From Candidatus Latescibacterota bacterium (GTDB taxonomy: Bacteria > Latescibacterota > UBA2968 > GCA-2709665), in contig OZ244744.1 in assembly GCA_965219455.1 (NCBI GenBank), positions 1,792,001 through 1,856,000 on the forward strand: a DNA stretch of 64,000 nucleotides, in the 5' to 3' direction. This document shows, in pieces, positions 30,446 through 39,399 of this stretch; within the stretch, counting starts at the first letter, position 1, and each line of letters opens with the position of its first letter. The notes below the pieces were generated by a model that had not been told where the DNA came from, did no database searches, and saw only the letters and a list, made by a program, of their open reading frames with translations. Both the position numbers and the translations under genes were made by a program.

Positions 30446-31815
30446 CTAATAAAGATCTTCCCTGGTGGTAATGGGACACCACCGGGCCGTGCTGAGATGG
30501 TCCAACAGGACGTTGAGCGATCCGGGCGTGCCGATATACTGGAGCGCCACCGCGGCATGACCCGAGGCGTAGCGATTCTCGTCCTGAAGGGCTTCGCTCA
30601 GCGCGGGAACGGCGGCTTCGGCGTCTGATCCGAAACGCGCCAGGGAATACGCCGCGTTGTAACGAACCTGGGTGTCGTCGTCCTTCAACGCTCTCGCCAG
30701 GGCGGGCACGGCCTCGTCCGGGTTGCCGGCGATGGTACCCAGGGCTTCGGCCGCGTGGTGGCGAACCCATTCGGAGGGATCGTCCATCGTATTCGCGAGC
30801 GCGGATACCGCCTCCGCGGCCGCCGGGCCTGCGTCGCCCAGCGCGAAGGCGGCGTGGCCGCGGACCTTCTCGTCCTTATGTTTCAGCGCACCTGCGAGTT
30901 CGGAGACGGCGGGCTCTCCCACGGCGGCCAACGCGTACGCGGCGTTGAGTTTGACGCTGTCGTCGGCCGACTGAAGGGCGCGGGCAAGCGGACCAACAGC
31001 CGGTTCTCCGGTTGCGGCCAGTTCGTACGCCGCGTTGAGCCGGGCGGGTTCATCGGCTTCGTGAAGGGTCCGCGTAAGCGCGTCCACGTTGCCCGGGTGG
31101 CCGTTGGCGTTCAGACCCCGAGACCATTCCCAGATGCTGTTCCAGACAAATGGGTGCCTGTTTCCGACGTCCGTGTTGCTCCAGGCCTCGTCGTTGTGGT
31201 TCCACTCCGGACGCCGGGGCTCGGACATGCGCGTAAACTGGAATTTCATCATATACCGTCTCTTGTCCACCTGGTTGGGCATGGCCCGATGCCAGATGTC
31301 GAAATGGACGATCGCAATCGTTCCGGCTTCACCGCACACGGAAACACCGACCTCGTCCGGATTCTTCAGACGGTCCATATAGCAGTGCGTGTGGGGTATG
31401 ACGCCGGTCGGGCCGTTTTCGAGTTCCACGTCCTGGGGATAATAGAAAGCCATGGCCCACCGGTTGCGGTGTAACGCAGCTTATAGTAGCCCCAATAGCT
31501 GTCCTTGTGCCATCCGCCGCCGGGCCCGTTGGGTTTGTTGAAATGGCAATGGCGGTGGGTGTGCATGGTATAGCCGGGCCCGAGGATGGAGGTGAAGGCG
31601 CCGCGGACTTCGGGCTGGTCGAAAACGGTCTGGATTTCGGGAACGCGAGGCAGGACGTTGTTTCCCGGGTTCCCTTCCTTTTCGAAGACTTCGTCGGTCT
31701 TCCTGTAGATTTCTTCATGGAACTCAGGCGGGAGATTGACCTTAATCGTTGTGAATCCATTGGCGATGAATTCCTGCATTTTCCGGTCGTCGAGGAGATA
31801 TATCGGATCCGGCAT
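30446..31815 (-). pseudogene. PhyH-like dioxygenase fused to HEAT repeats, frameshifted near 31470
   Basis: WHKD is in ORF 31366-31815; WHRA and HEAT repeats are in ORF 30446-31453; adding one base gives ..LRYHRNRWAMAFYY.. Confidence 0.7.
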
Positions 31816-32032
31816 AGTTTAATTCTCCGTGAAGTTGGTGAAGAGGGCAGGGCGGGCGTGATCCTCGCTTTTTGCGCCGCCACACTCAAAAAGTAGGTAC
31901 ATGGGCAGGACGCGTCAAGGAATTATTGGGCAGCGGGCGACGAGAGGCCACCCGGCGGGCACAATCGACGCGCCTGCGTTTCGGTTCCCCGCAATAAATG
32001 TTGCTTTTTGGTGAGAAGTGGCGAATTTTTAC

Positions 32033-32059
32033 TGAACCCGTTCAACAGAAGGCGTGTCT
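32033..32059 (+). promoter_or_regulatory. Putative autoregulatory ECF promoter
   Basis: TGAACC-N17-GTCT upstream of the ECF sigma gene. Confidence 0.6.
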
Positions 32060-32187
32060 TGCAGGATGTGAGAAGGGATATGCAGCGCCACTTACCGCGG
32101 TGTTTGGGAAATTGAGTGTTATCCTTAGATCACATAAAGCAAATTCCGATAGCGTTTCATCTGCACGCCAAGACGCCGGAGTTCACC

Positions 32188-32751
32188 ATGCTTCAGGAAC
32201 GGGACCTGATCCAGCAGTGTCTTTCGGGAAATCGGGACGCGTTCCGGAAGTTGATTGAACCCCACCAGGACTTTGTCTTCCGCGTTGCGCTATCGGTTCT
32301 GGGCAGGCGGGAGGAAGCGGAGGAGGCCGCTCAGGACGCGTTCGTCCGTGCTTACAGGGGCCTGGGTTCGTTTTCCGTTCAGGTTCCCTTTCAGGCCTGG
32401 TTGTACCGGATTGCGGTTCGAACCGCACTGAACGCGCGGCGGCGGCGGCGGCGACGGCGGCTCCTGGAGCGCCTGACACCGCCCTCATGGTTCGGGAGCC
32501 TGGCTTCGGCGCGGACGGACGCGCCCGATGTCGAGGCTGCGAAACGGGACGTGCGCATACGCCTGCGGGCGACGATTGACCGGCTGCCGAGAAAACTTCA
32601 CGAGGTTGTGGTATTGACCTATCTGGACGAACTCGCCTGCGGTGAAATTGCTGAGATTCTCGACATTCCCGAAGGCACGGTAAAGTCCCGGCTTCACCGG
32701 GCGCGAGAAAAATTGCAGAAAGAGATCAAGAGACAGGGTCTGTTGGACTGA
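32188..32751 (+). CDS. ECF RNA polymerase sigma factor
   Basis: AEEAAQDAFVRAY and WLYRIA (region 2); EIAEILDIPEGTVKSRLHRAR (region 4); GGAG RBS. Confidence 0.93.
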   Translation: MLQERDLIQQCLSGNRDAFRKLIEPHQDFVFRVALSVLGRREEAEEAAQDAFVRAYRGLGSFSVQVPFQAWLYRIAVRTALNARRRRRRRRLLERLTPPSWFGSLASARTDAPDVEAAKRDVRIRLRATIDRLPRKLHEVVVLTYLDELACGEIAEILDIPEGTVKSRLHRAREKLQKEIKRQGLLD

Positions 32752-32756
32752 CCGAA

Positions 32757-33248
32757 ATGAGAAAGGGTTGCAAGATGCTGAAATCCCGGTGTCGCGAAAC
32801 CAGAAAGCGGATGCATAGCTACCTGGACGGCGATCTATCGCCCACGGACGAGGAGGCTATGCGGGCACACGTGGCGCATTGCGGGGATTGCGCGCCTGCG
32901 TTTGAGCGTCTGCGTCGAAGCGATGACGCGGTCCGGAGCCATTTCGAGGCAACGGTCGCACATGTGACGGCGCCGGAGGGATTCTGGAGTGGTTTGTCGA
33001 ATCGGCTACTGCCGCCGCCGCCTCGCGCTCGGTGGCGTCCGCCGGATCTCCTCACAAAGATTCCCCGCAGGGTGCTTGCGCCGGCGGCGGTGGCCGCGGT
33101 GTTGATGCTTGCGATCTGGGGATTGGAGATGTACGAGCCGATTCCGCCTGCGGGAAAAAGGAGATCGGCGCCCGTTCGCAAGGAACTGGCGAAGATCAGG
33201 GCGTCAATCCTGGATATGGAAGCTGAACTGGAGCAACAGTGGAGGTAG
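32757..33248 (+). CDS. Zinc-binding (zf-HC2) anti-sigma factor
   Basis: YLDGDL..., HVAHCGDC (HxxxCxxC), one TM segment; directly follows the sigma gene. Confidence 0.88.
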   Translation: MRKGCKMLKSRCRETRKRMHSYLDGDLSPTDEEAMRAHVAHCGDCAPAFERLRRSDDAVRSHFEATVAHVTAPEGFWSGLSNRLLPPPPRARWRPPDLLTKIPRRVLAPAAVAAVLMLAIWGLEMYEPIPPAGKRRSAPVRKELAKIRASILDMEAELEQQWR

Positions 33249-33253
33249 GAGCC

Positions 33254-36200
33254 ATGCGCGGTTTGAAAACTGTCGTTCTGTTCTATCTGTTGCTGGCCTG
33301 TGCGAAAACGGCCAACAGCGATTCGCTGGATGTGCGTGTCCGGGGAATTCAAGGTCCTTTAGACAGCATTCATCTGAAGTTGGACGGGAGACGTTCTCTG
33401 CGCGCGGTGAAACCTGGACCGTCCTTGCCAGCTCCAGTTGGCGACTTCGAGGAAATGCTTACAGACTTGCGCAAGCGCAACCGCAAGTCGCTGCTAACGC
33501 TCAAACGGGACGTCGACGCGATGAACCTGGCGCTGGAGACCGGCTCGGTCAGCGCGGGCGAGACCCGGCTGCTGCTGGCCGATATCCGGATGCGTCGGAT
33601 CGACGCGCGCGCGAGCCTGAACCTGATGGGCTTTATGAACCGTCTTGTGAAGGACCGGGACCTGGCAGGCCGGTGGGGCGACCCGGTGCACCTGGTGATG
33701 CCCGCGCCGGCGACGCCGAACATCCTGGTTGTGAATCGCACCCGAGGACAGATGGCGGCCGACGTCTGGGACGCCGATACCATACGCGTGGGGTATATTC
33801 CGGCCTTCTCGGGGTGGGTTAAAGAGGACATGCCGAACGATGAAGCGCTGGAAAAGGCGGCGAACGTGAAGGCGGAGGTTTCCGTGCATAGCGCCGCGGC
33901 GGTGGCGGCCGCTATAGAGGGACTCAATGGAGGACAGGGCGGGGGCATCTCGGGGGCGATGACAGTCGTTACGGTCTCAGATCCCACGGGGGTGCACGCA
34001 CCGCCGGGGGCGGCCACCAAAGACCCGCCTGCACGCGGCGTGCTGGTCTTTCCGTCCGCCATGGTGCCACGCCCGGACCGGTTGCTGCTGGATCGCGCTG
34101 ACCCGGTTGCGATTCGGGCCATGGAGGGCGTCCGGCTTATCCATCTCGCCAACAGCGACACCCTCCTGGCGCGCCTGAATGCCGTACCGGAGGAACGGCG
34201 CACGGCTTTCGAACGGACAACCGGCCCTGAATCGGGCTATTGGTCCCACCGTGTACCGCGCCTCCCGCGGCAAACGCCGAACGGTGTTAACATGCAAAGC
34301 GACATCACGGGGCGAACGGCTGCAGAAGCGGCCCTGGTGACAGATCCCGGCGGGCCGGCAGCATACAACCAGGGGGTCGGTCTGCTGGATGCCGGCAAAT
34401 TCGACGAGGCCAAGCGGCAATTCGAGGAGGCGATTTCGGAGGACGGTCAGTACGCGCCTTCCTACGTGGGACTGGGAAGGGTCCATATGAAGCAGGGCAC
34501 CCGGGAAGACGCGAAATATTACCTGAAGAAGGCGTTGAAGCGGTCACCAGGGTCTCCCTCGGCATTGATGGCGCTGAGCGACGTGGCGATGCAGGAGGAG
34601 GATTGGGGGGATCTGAAGAAGTGGTCGGGGCAGATTCTCGTGCGGGATCCGGATAATCCGGAAGCGCTCTACCGGCTGGCCATCGCGCACCGGGAAGCCG
34701 GCAAATTCCAGGCGACGGTAATGCGCTGGTTGAATTGGCGGCGATCGGAACGGTACTTCAAACGACTGGTCGACGAAACTCCTCAATACCGCGACGCCTA
34801 CTATCAGTACGCGGTGCTCAAACGCTATGACAAAGCGTTTGAGCAGGCGATTCGGCTGGGCGAAAAACAGGTCGCTTTAAAGCCGGACGCCCCCGTCCAC
34901 CGGCAAAGGCTGAGGCGATTGTACCTGCATTATCTGGACAATTCAAATCCGAAGGATGCGCTGAACTGGATGCGCAGACACGGATCGGAATACGCGCGTT
35001 ACTTCGAGGGCGAGGCGCTTCGCCTCTCCAAACGGACGGCCCGCGCCGATACTGTCTTGCACGACTGGCTTGCGTCGGACCCGCGGTTGAGCGTGGTACC
35101 TGCGTATCTTGCCCTGGCGCGAATTGCCTATGGACGCGAAGCCGTTGAGGCCGGGGAGAAGTATTACGACAAGGCGGTGCAGAGCATCCAAGACTCGCTT
35201 GATGCGCATCTGATGTACGAAGACGTGAAATATGTCGTGAACGTCGAGGAGATGGACGCGTTTTCCAAACTCGAAACACCGGAGGAATTCCGGGAGTTCT
35301 TCCGTAAGGTCTGGGTAAGCCGCGACCCCACGCCCGCCGTGTTTCCCAACGTGCGACTGGCGGAACATTATCGGCGGATCCTGTATGCCGAGCGTTACTA
35401 TCTTTACGACGGCTTTCGTACGTGGTTTTACGATCCTGACCAAGGCGACAAAGTCCCGTATCCGAGTACGATCGAGTTGAACGACAGGTTTAACGATCCG
35501 GGTCTGCTATATATAAGGCATGGCCGTCCGTCGGATACGCAGAAGTTCTCGATGGCCGAAATCTGGCACTACTGGAAGACCGATGCGTTTCCTCAGATGG
35601 TGTTCAATTTTGTGGCAACGCCCAGCAGCATGGGCTCGAACTGGCGTCTCGTGGAATCCCTTTCCGGCTCGGGGAACTACAGAGCGCGCCTTAGATGGGA
35701 GAACGAGAAGTCCAGGCGCAAGGCACACCGCTCCGTGGAGATGGGGCTGCGTACGGACCGGCATTCGTGGGAGGAAGACGTGGATGAGCTGGATTACGAT
35801 TCCTACCTGGCGTATTTCAAGGGTGAAGGGGGCCGGGGCGACGTTGAGTTGTATTATGGAATGCCATTCAAGGCGTTGAAAAAGGACTACGGCCAGTTGC
35901 CCGATACGTCGGCGATCTACGAGTACGGGCTGGCGATGCACGACCTGCAATGGAATCGGTTCGAGAACTTGAGCGGACACGTACGAAAGGCGCAGGTGGA
36001 ACGATCGCGTTACGAGGGCAGGAGTTTCGGCGTTCTACGGCTTTCCGCGGACCCCGATTCAGGCCACGCTGCGTTTTTCCTGCGGCCCTCGCGGGGCCAC
36101 CGTCTGGGGGGTTGGAAGCAGGGCGTGCGAATTCCGGACTTCTCGGAGACCGAACTGGAAATGAGCAGCGTCGTGCCGGCGCATGTGATCTGGCCCGACG

Positions 36201-36589
36201 TCGAGGGAAACGACGGGTTCAACCTTCGAGGTATCCATGCCGTACCCAATCCCTCGCTTCGATTCTCACGTAATGATCCGGTGTACATCTATTTCGAGCT
36301 TTACAATCTGACGCCTGACGAGCGCGGCACGACGTCGTTCGAGGTCTCGTACGGTTTAACCCGCTTGAAACGGAAGGGCGTCAAGAGACTGCTCAGAATT
36401 TTCGGCAGCGGGGAAAAACCCACCACGTCCGTTACCGTTGCGCAACTGGGCGATACTCCGGATACAAGGGAATTCCGGTCGCTGGACCTGAGCAAAGCGG
36501 GTGGCGGGGAGTTTCTGCTGAAAGTAAAGGTCCGCGACAACCACGCAGGGACAGAGCGTGAAAAAACCGTGGAACTGGTTCTGGAATAG
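33254..36589 (+). CDS. TPR + GWxTD-domain protein (degenerate motif) with an extra N-terminal region
   Basis: Signal peptide, TPRs, W..RDPTP...N.R..EHYRRI.YA, D.G..YIRHG.P, C-terminal YFELYNL domain. Confidence 0.8.
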   Translation: MRGLKTVVLFYLLLACAKTANSDSLDVRVRGIQGPLDSIHLKLDGRRSLRAVKPGPSLPAPVGDFEEMLTDLRKRNRKSLLTLKRDVDAMNLALETGSVSAGETRLLLADIRMRRIDARASLNLMGFMNRLVKDRDLAGRWGDPVHLVMPAPATPNILVVNRTRGQMAADVWDADTIRVGYIPAFSGWVKEDMPNDEALEKAANVKAEVSVHSAAAVAAAIEGLNGGQGGGISGAMTVVTVSDPTGVHAPPGAATKDPPARGVLVFPSAMVPRPDRLLLDRADPVAIRAMEGVRLIHLANSDTLLARLNAVPEERRTAFERTTGPESGYWSHRVPRLPRQTPNGVNMQSDITGRTAAEAALVTDPGGPAAYNQGVGLLDAGKFDEAKRQFEEAISEDGQYAPSYVGLGRVHMKQGTREDAKYYLKKALKRSPGSPSALMALSDVAMQEEDWGDLKKWSGQILVRDPDNPEALYRLAIAHREAGKFQATVMRWLNWRRSERYFKRLVDETPQYRDAYYQYAVLKRYDKAFEQAIRLGEKQVALKPDAPVHRQRLRRLYLHYLDNSNPKDALNWMRRHGSEYARYFEGEALRLSKRTARADTVLHDWLASDPRLSVVPAYLALARIAYGREAVEAGEKYYDKAVQSIQDSLDAHLMYEDVKYVVNVEEMDAFSKLETPEEFREFFRKVWVSRDPTPAVFPNVRLAEHYRRILYAERYYLYDGFRTWFYDPDQGDKVPYPSTIELNDRFNDPGLLYIRHGRPSDTQKFSMAEIWHYWKTDAFPQMVFNFVATPSSMGSNWRLVESLSGSGNYRARLRWENEKSRRKAHRSVEMGLRTDRHSWEEDVDELDYDSYLAYFKGEGGRGDVELYYGMPFKALKKDYGQLPDTSAIYEYGLAMHDLQWNRFENLSGHVRKAQVERSRYEGRSFGVLRLSADPDSGHAAFFLRPSRGHRLGGWKQGVRIPDFSETELEMSSVVPAHVIWPDVEGNDGFNLRGIHAVPNPSLRFSRNDPVYIYFELYNLTPDERGTTSFEVSYGLTRLKRKGVKRLLRIFGSGEKPTTSVTVAQLGDTPDTREFRSLDLSKAGGGEFLLKVKVRDNHAGTEREKTVELVLE

Positions 36590-36654
36590 GCGCTTCTGTA
36601 TTCTGTCCGGGAGATAGATTGCCGGAATTCAGCCGACAAGAAACAGCAAACACA

Positions 36655-36860
36655 GCTATCAGCTCTCAGCCGTCAGCTTGAATCAAGAGCCCGATCAATT
36701 GACGTCAGCGCCGTGACCTCTCCCCCCGGCCCCGTCAGAAAGAGCTTTCAGTGGTCGGTAAAAACCGAAAACAGGTGGCGTCAACGCTATTATGTGGGCG
36801 ACCGCGAAGGGCGAGACCCTCACCCCCCAACCCCCTCTCCCAGTGGGAGAGGGGGAGCAA
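36655..36860. repeat. Cluster of REP-like modules
   Basis: GCTATCA heptamers, ACCTCTCCCCCCGGCCC, and CCCCCTCTCCC-AGT-GGGAGAGGGGG palindrome. Confidence 0.6.
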
Positions 36861-37002
36861 GACCAGGCGGGCTGCATATTGTGGACACACGCAGGACCGT
36901 TTTGTAGTCCTTTGAGGTCCACCCGGACGAGTAAGCGCAAACCTGCTTACCTGAAACCGCGCCAAATTTGCGAAAGAACTGTTTATTTCCTGGGGGTTCA
37001 AA

Positions 37003-39336
37003 ATGAGACCAGCAGCGGTTATGGAGGTTCTGGCAATTGCCGCGATGACATTGTTCAACGCGGAGGCCGGGGTGACATCAATGCCCAGTGAGGACCGTAC
37101 GTTGGTGCAGAACCTCTACAGCGAGGGAATGGATCTTTTCGACAGCGACAGCCTGGACGCGGCAGCGTCAAAGTTCCGCACCGCGATCGAGATCGACCGG
37201 AAACACGCGCCTTCGTACGTCGGTCTGGGCCACGTGTATCTGAAGGGTGGAGATCTGAAGGCGGCCGAACGGGCGTTTAAGGATGCGCGGCGCAGGAAGC
37301 ACGATTACGCTCCGGCGTACAACGGACTCGGGTTGGTGTGGCGAGAAAAACCGAAAGGCCTGTACACGGCGATAGACTATTTCAAGATGGCACTGCAATA
37401 CGACCGAAACTATCTGGAAGCGAGGTACCATATCGCCGAGGCGAGGTACGCGTTGGGAGAATACGACGTTAAGCGAGAGGCGGAGAAGTTGCTCAAAATG
37501 GATGCGACATTTGCACCCGCATACCGGCTGCTCGGTGAATGGTATGAGACCTTCAAGGAAGATCATCTACGCGCGGTAGAGCACTACGAACGATACCTGT
37601 CTTTACAGCCCGATGATCTTGACGTCACGCTGCGTCTGGCCGGAGCGCTTGGCAAAGTCGGTGACCACGCTTGCGTTGTGGACCTGATGCGCAGGCAGAT
37701 GCTGAACAATCCGGATGCGATCGACTTGTCGCCCGTTCTCGCGAACGCCTATATCCAACTCGACTCCCTGGAAATGGCGGAGGTCGAATTCAGCCGATAT
37801 CTTGAAGTGTGTGAACCTGCTGAAAGGATGCTATATGAGGATATCCGACTCCTGGCTTCTCCCGAGGAATACGAGTCGTTCGGCCTGGCGCCGGATCGAT
37901 ACGCGTACTTGACCCGATTCTGGGGAGACCGGGATCCGGATCTGACAACGGCCGCCAACGAGCGGCGGTTGGAACATTACCGGCGCGTATGGTTCGCGCG
38001 GCGCCATTTTTCCAGGTCGAAGCAGCCTTGGGATACGCGGGGAGAGGTATACGTGAGATTCGGCGAGCCGGACCATCGTTCGAGGTCTGACTGGGTGAAT
38101 TTCCAGCAAAGCCTGGATGTTCAGCGTGTGAAGGAAGCGCTTGCAGGGCAGATCCACGGTGCGACAACGGCTTCGAGTTGGGGAGACATCCTGGTCGCGT
38201 TTCCGGTTCGCAGCATCCGCGGATTGCAAGACCTTGGAGGATTCATGGCGCCCGCCTACAGGCCGGTGCTCGCCAATCAAATGGACACCTCAATGGTCCC
38301 GTGGGAAAGCTGGGTGTATGTTAATAGTGGTGTGGGTGGGGGAATGGAGGTGACGTTTACGGATGAGATGTTGAACGGCGCCTTTGATTTCGCGCCGCCT
38401 CCGGTCGACGTGGATATCGACATTCGAAAACTGGCCATGTTTAGCCGGTTAAGTCCCAAAAATGTAAGTATGCGCACGGCCGCGCGCACACCAAACTACT
38501 ACCAGCCGCCCGAGAACGAAGATCCCCTCGAGTTCTACTACGATCTGGCGGATTTCCGCGGGCGGGTCGAAGCGGCGTCCGCACTGGAGGTCTACGCCGG
38601 AATTCCTCAGAAAATGGCGCAATACCTCGAGGCCGAGGACGCGACGTTTCTGGACGTCGAACGGACCGTAGCCGTGCTGAACAAGGAAACCGGGACGGTT
38701 TACCGCGTGCAGGGCGACGTTCGGTTCCGGCGGCAGGGAGACGTGAGGCAACAGGAGGGGGCGTTTATTCCTGACGTCGTTCGGCTGGACGTCCCGCCGG
38801 GCCACTACCGGATGGAGGTAAAAGCCAGGGACAAACGCACCGGCAGGCGTGGGAGATACCGACAGATTATCCAGGTGGAAGCCTATCCGGAGACCGGTCT
38901 TCGGATGAGCGACCTGGAACTGGCCTGGCGGATCACTGAGGACGATGCGGACGGCAAATTCAGCAAAGGGGAACTGCACGTCGTGCCGATGCCGACGCGA
39001 ACGTACGGAAAGGGCCACAGCGTCTGCGTATATTACGAAATCTACAACCTGGCCAGGGATACGTTCGGGCGCACGAAATACCGTGTCGCCTATACCGTCG
39101 GCGAAAAGGGAAAACCAGAAGTTGGCAATATCGCACGGCTGGTGAGGCTGCGAGGGAATCGACGCGTGGAAGTTGAGGTGGCGTACGAGCAGGTGGGGAC
39201 GGCTGACTCGGAGATGGAGTACGTGGCGTTACAACTGGGACATCAAAACGACGGGCGCCAGGTGCTGCAGGTGGCGGTCACGGATTTGAACAGCGGGGAA
39301 ACGGTGACCAAGGATGCAGCGTTCGTGGTGAAGTGA
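37003..39336 (+). CDS. TPR + GWxTD-domain protein
   Basis: TPRs, FW..RDPD....NER..EHYRRV, WDTRGEVYVRFGEPD, YYEIYNL; start may be 37021. Confidence 0.85.
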   Translation: MRPAAVMEVLAIAAMTLFNAEAGVTSMPSEDRTLVQNLYSEGMDLFDSDSLDAAASKFRTAIEIDRKHAPSYVGLGHVYLKGGDLKAAERAFKDARRRKHDYAPAYNGLGLVWREKPKGLYTAIDYFKMALQYDRNYLEARYHIAEARYALGEYDVKREAEKLLKMDATFAPAYRLLGEWYETFKEDHLRAVEHYERYLSLQPDDLDVTLRLAGALGKVGDHACVVDLMRRQMLNNPDAIDLSPVLANAYIQLDSLEMAEVEFSRYLEVCEPAERMLYEDIRLLASPEEYESFGLAPDRYAYLTRFWGDRDPDLTTAANERRLEHYRRVWFARRHFSRSKQPWDTRGEVYVRFGEPDHRSRSDWVNFQQSLDVQRVKEALAGQIHGATTASSWGDILVAFPVRSIRGLQDLGGFMAPAYRPVLANQMDTSMVPWESWVYVNSGVGGGMEVTFTDEMLNGAFDFAPPPVDVDIDIRKLAMFSRLSPKNVSMRTAARTPNYYQPPENEDPLEFYYDLADFRGRVEAASALEVYAGIPQKMAQYLEAEDATFLDVERTVAVLNKETGTVYRVQGDVRFRRQGDVRQQEGAFIPDVVRLDVPPGHYRMEVKARDKRTGRRGRYRQIIQVEAYPETGLRMSDLELAWRITEDDADGKFSKGELHVVPMPTRTYGKGHSVCVYYEIYNLARDTFGRTKYRVAYTVGEKGKPEVGNIARLVRLRGNRRVEVEVAYEQVGTADSEMEYVALQLGHQNDGRQVLQVAVTDLNSGETVTKDAAFVVK

Positions 39337-39399
39337 GGAAGGCCGGGCGCGGAAGCAACCGCATCCGATTCGGTTTGATTGAGTGGAAGGTTCCAGGCA

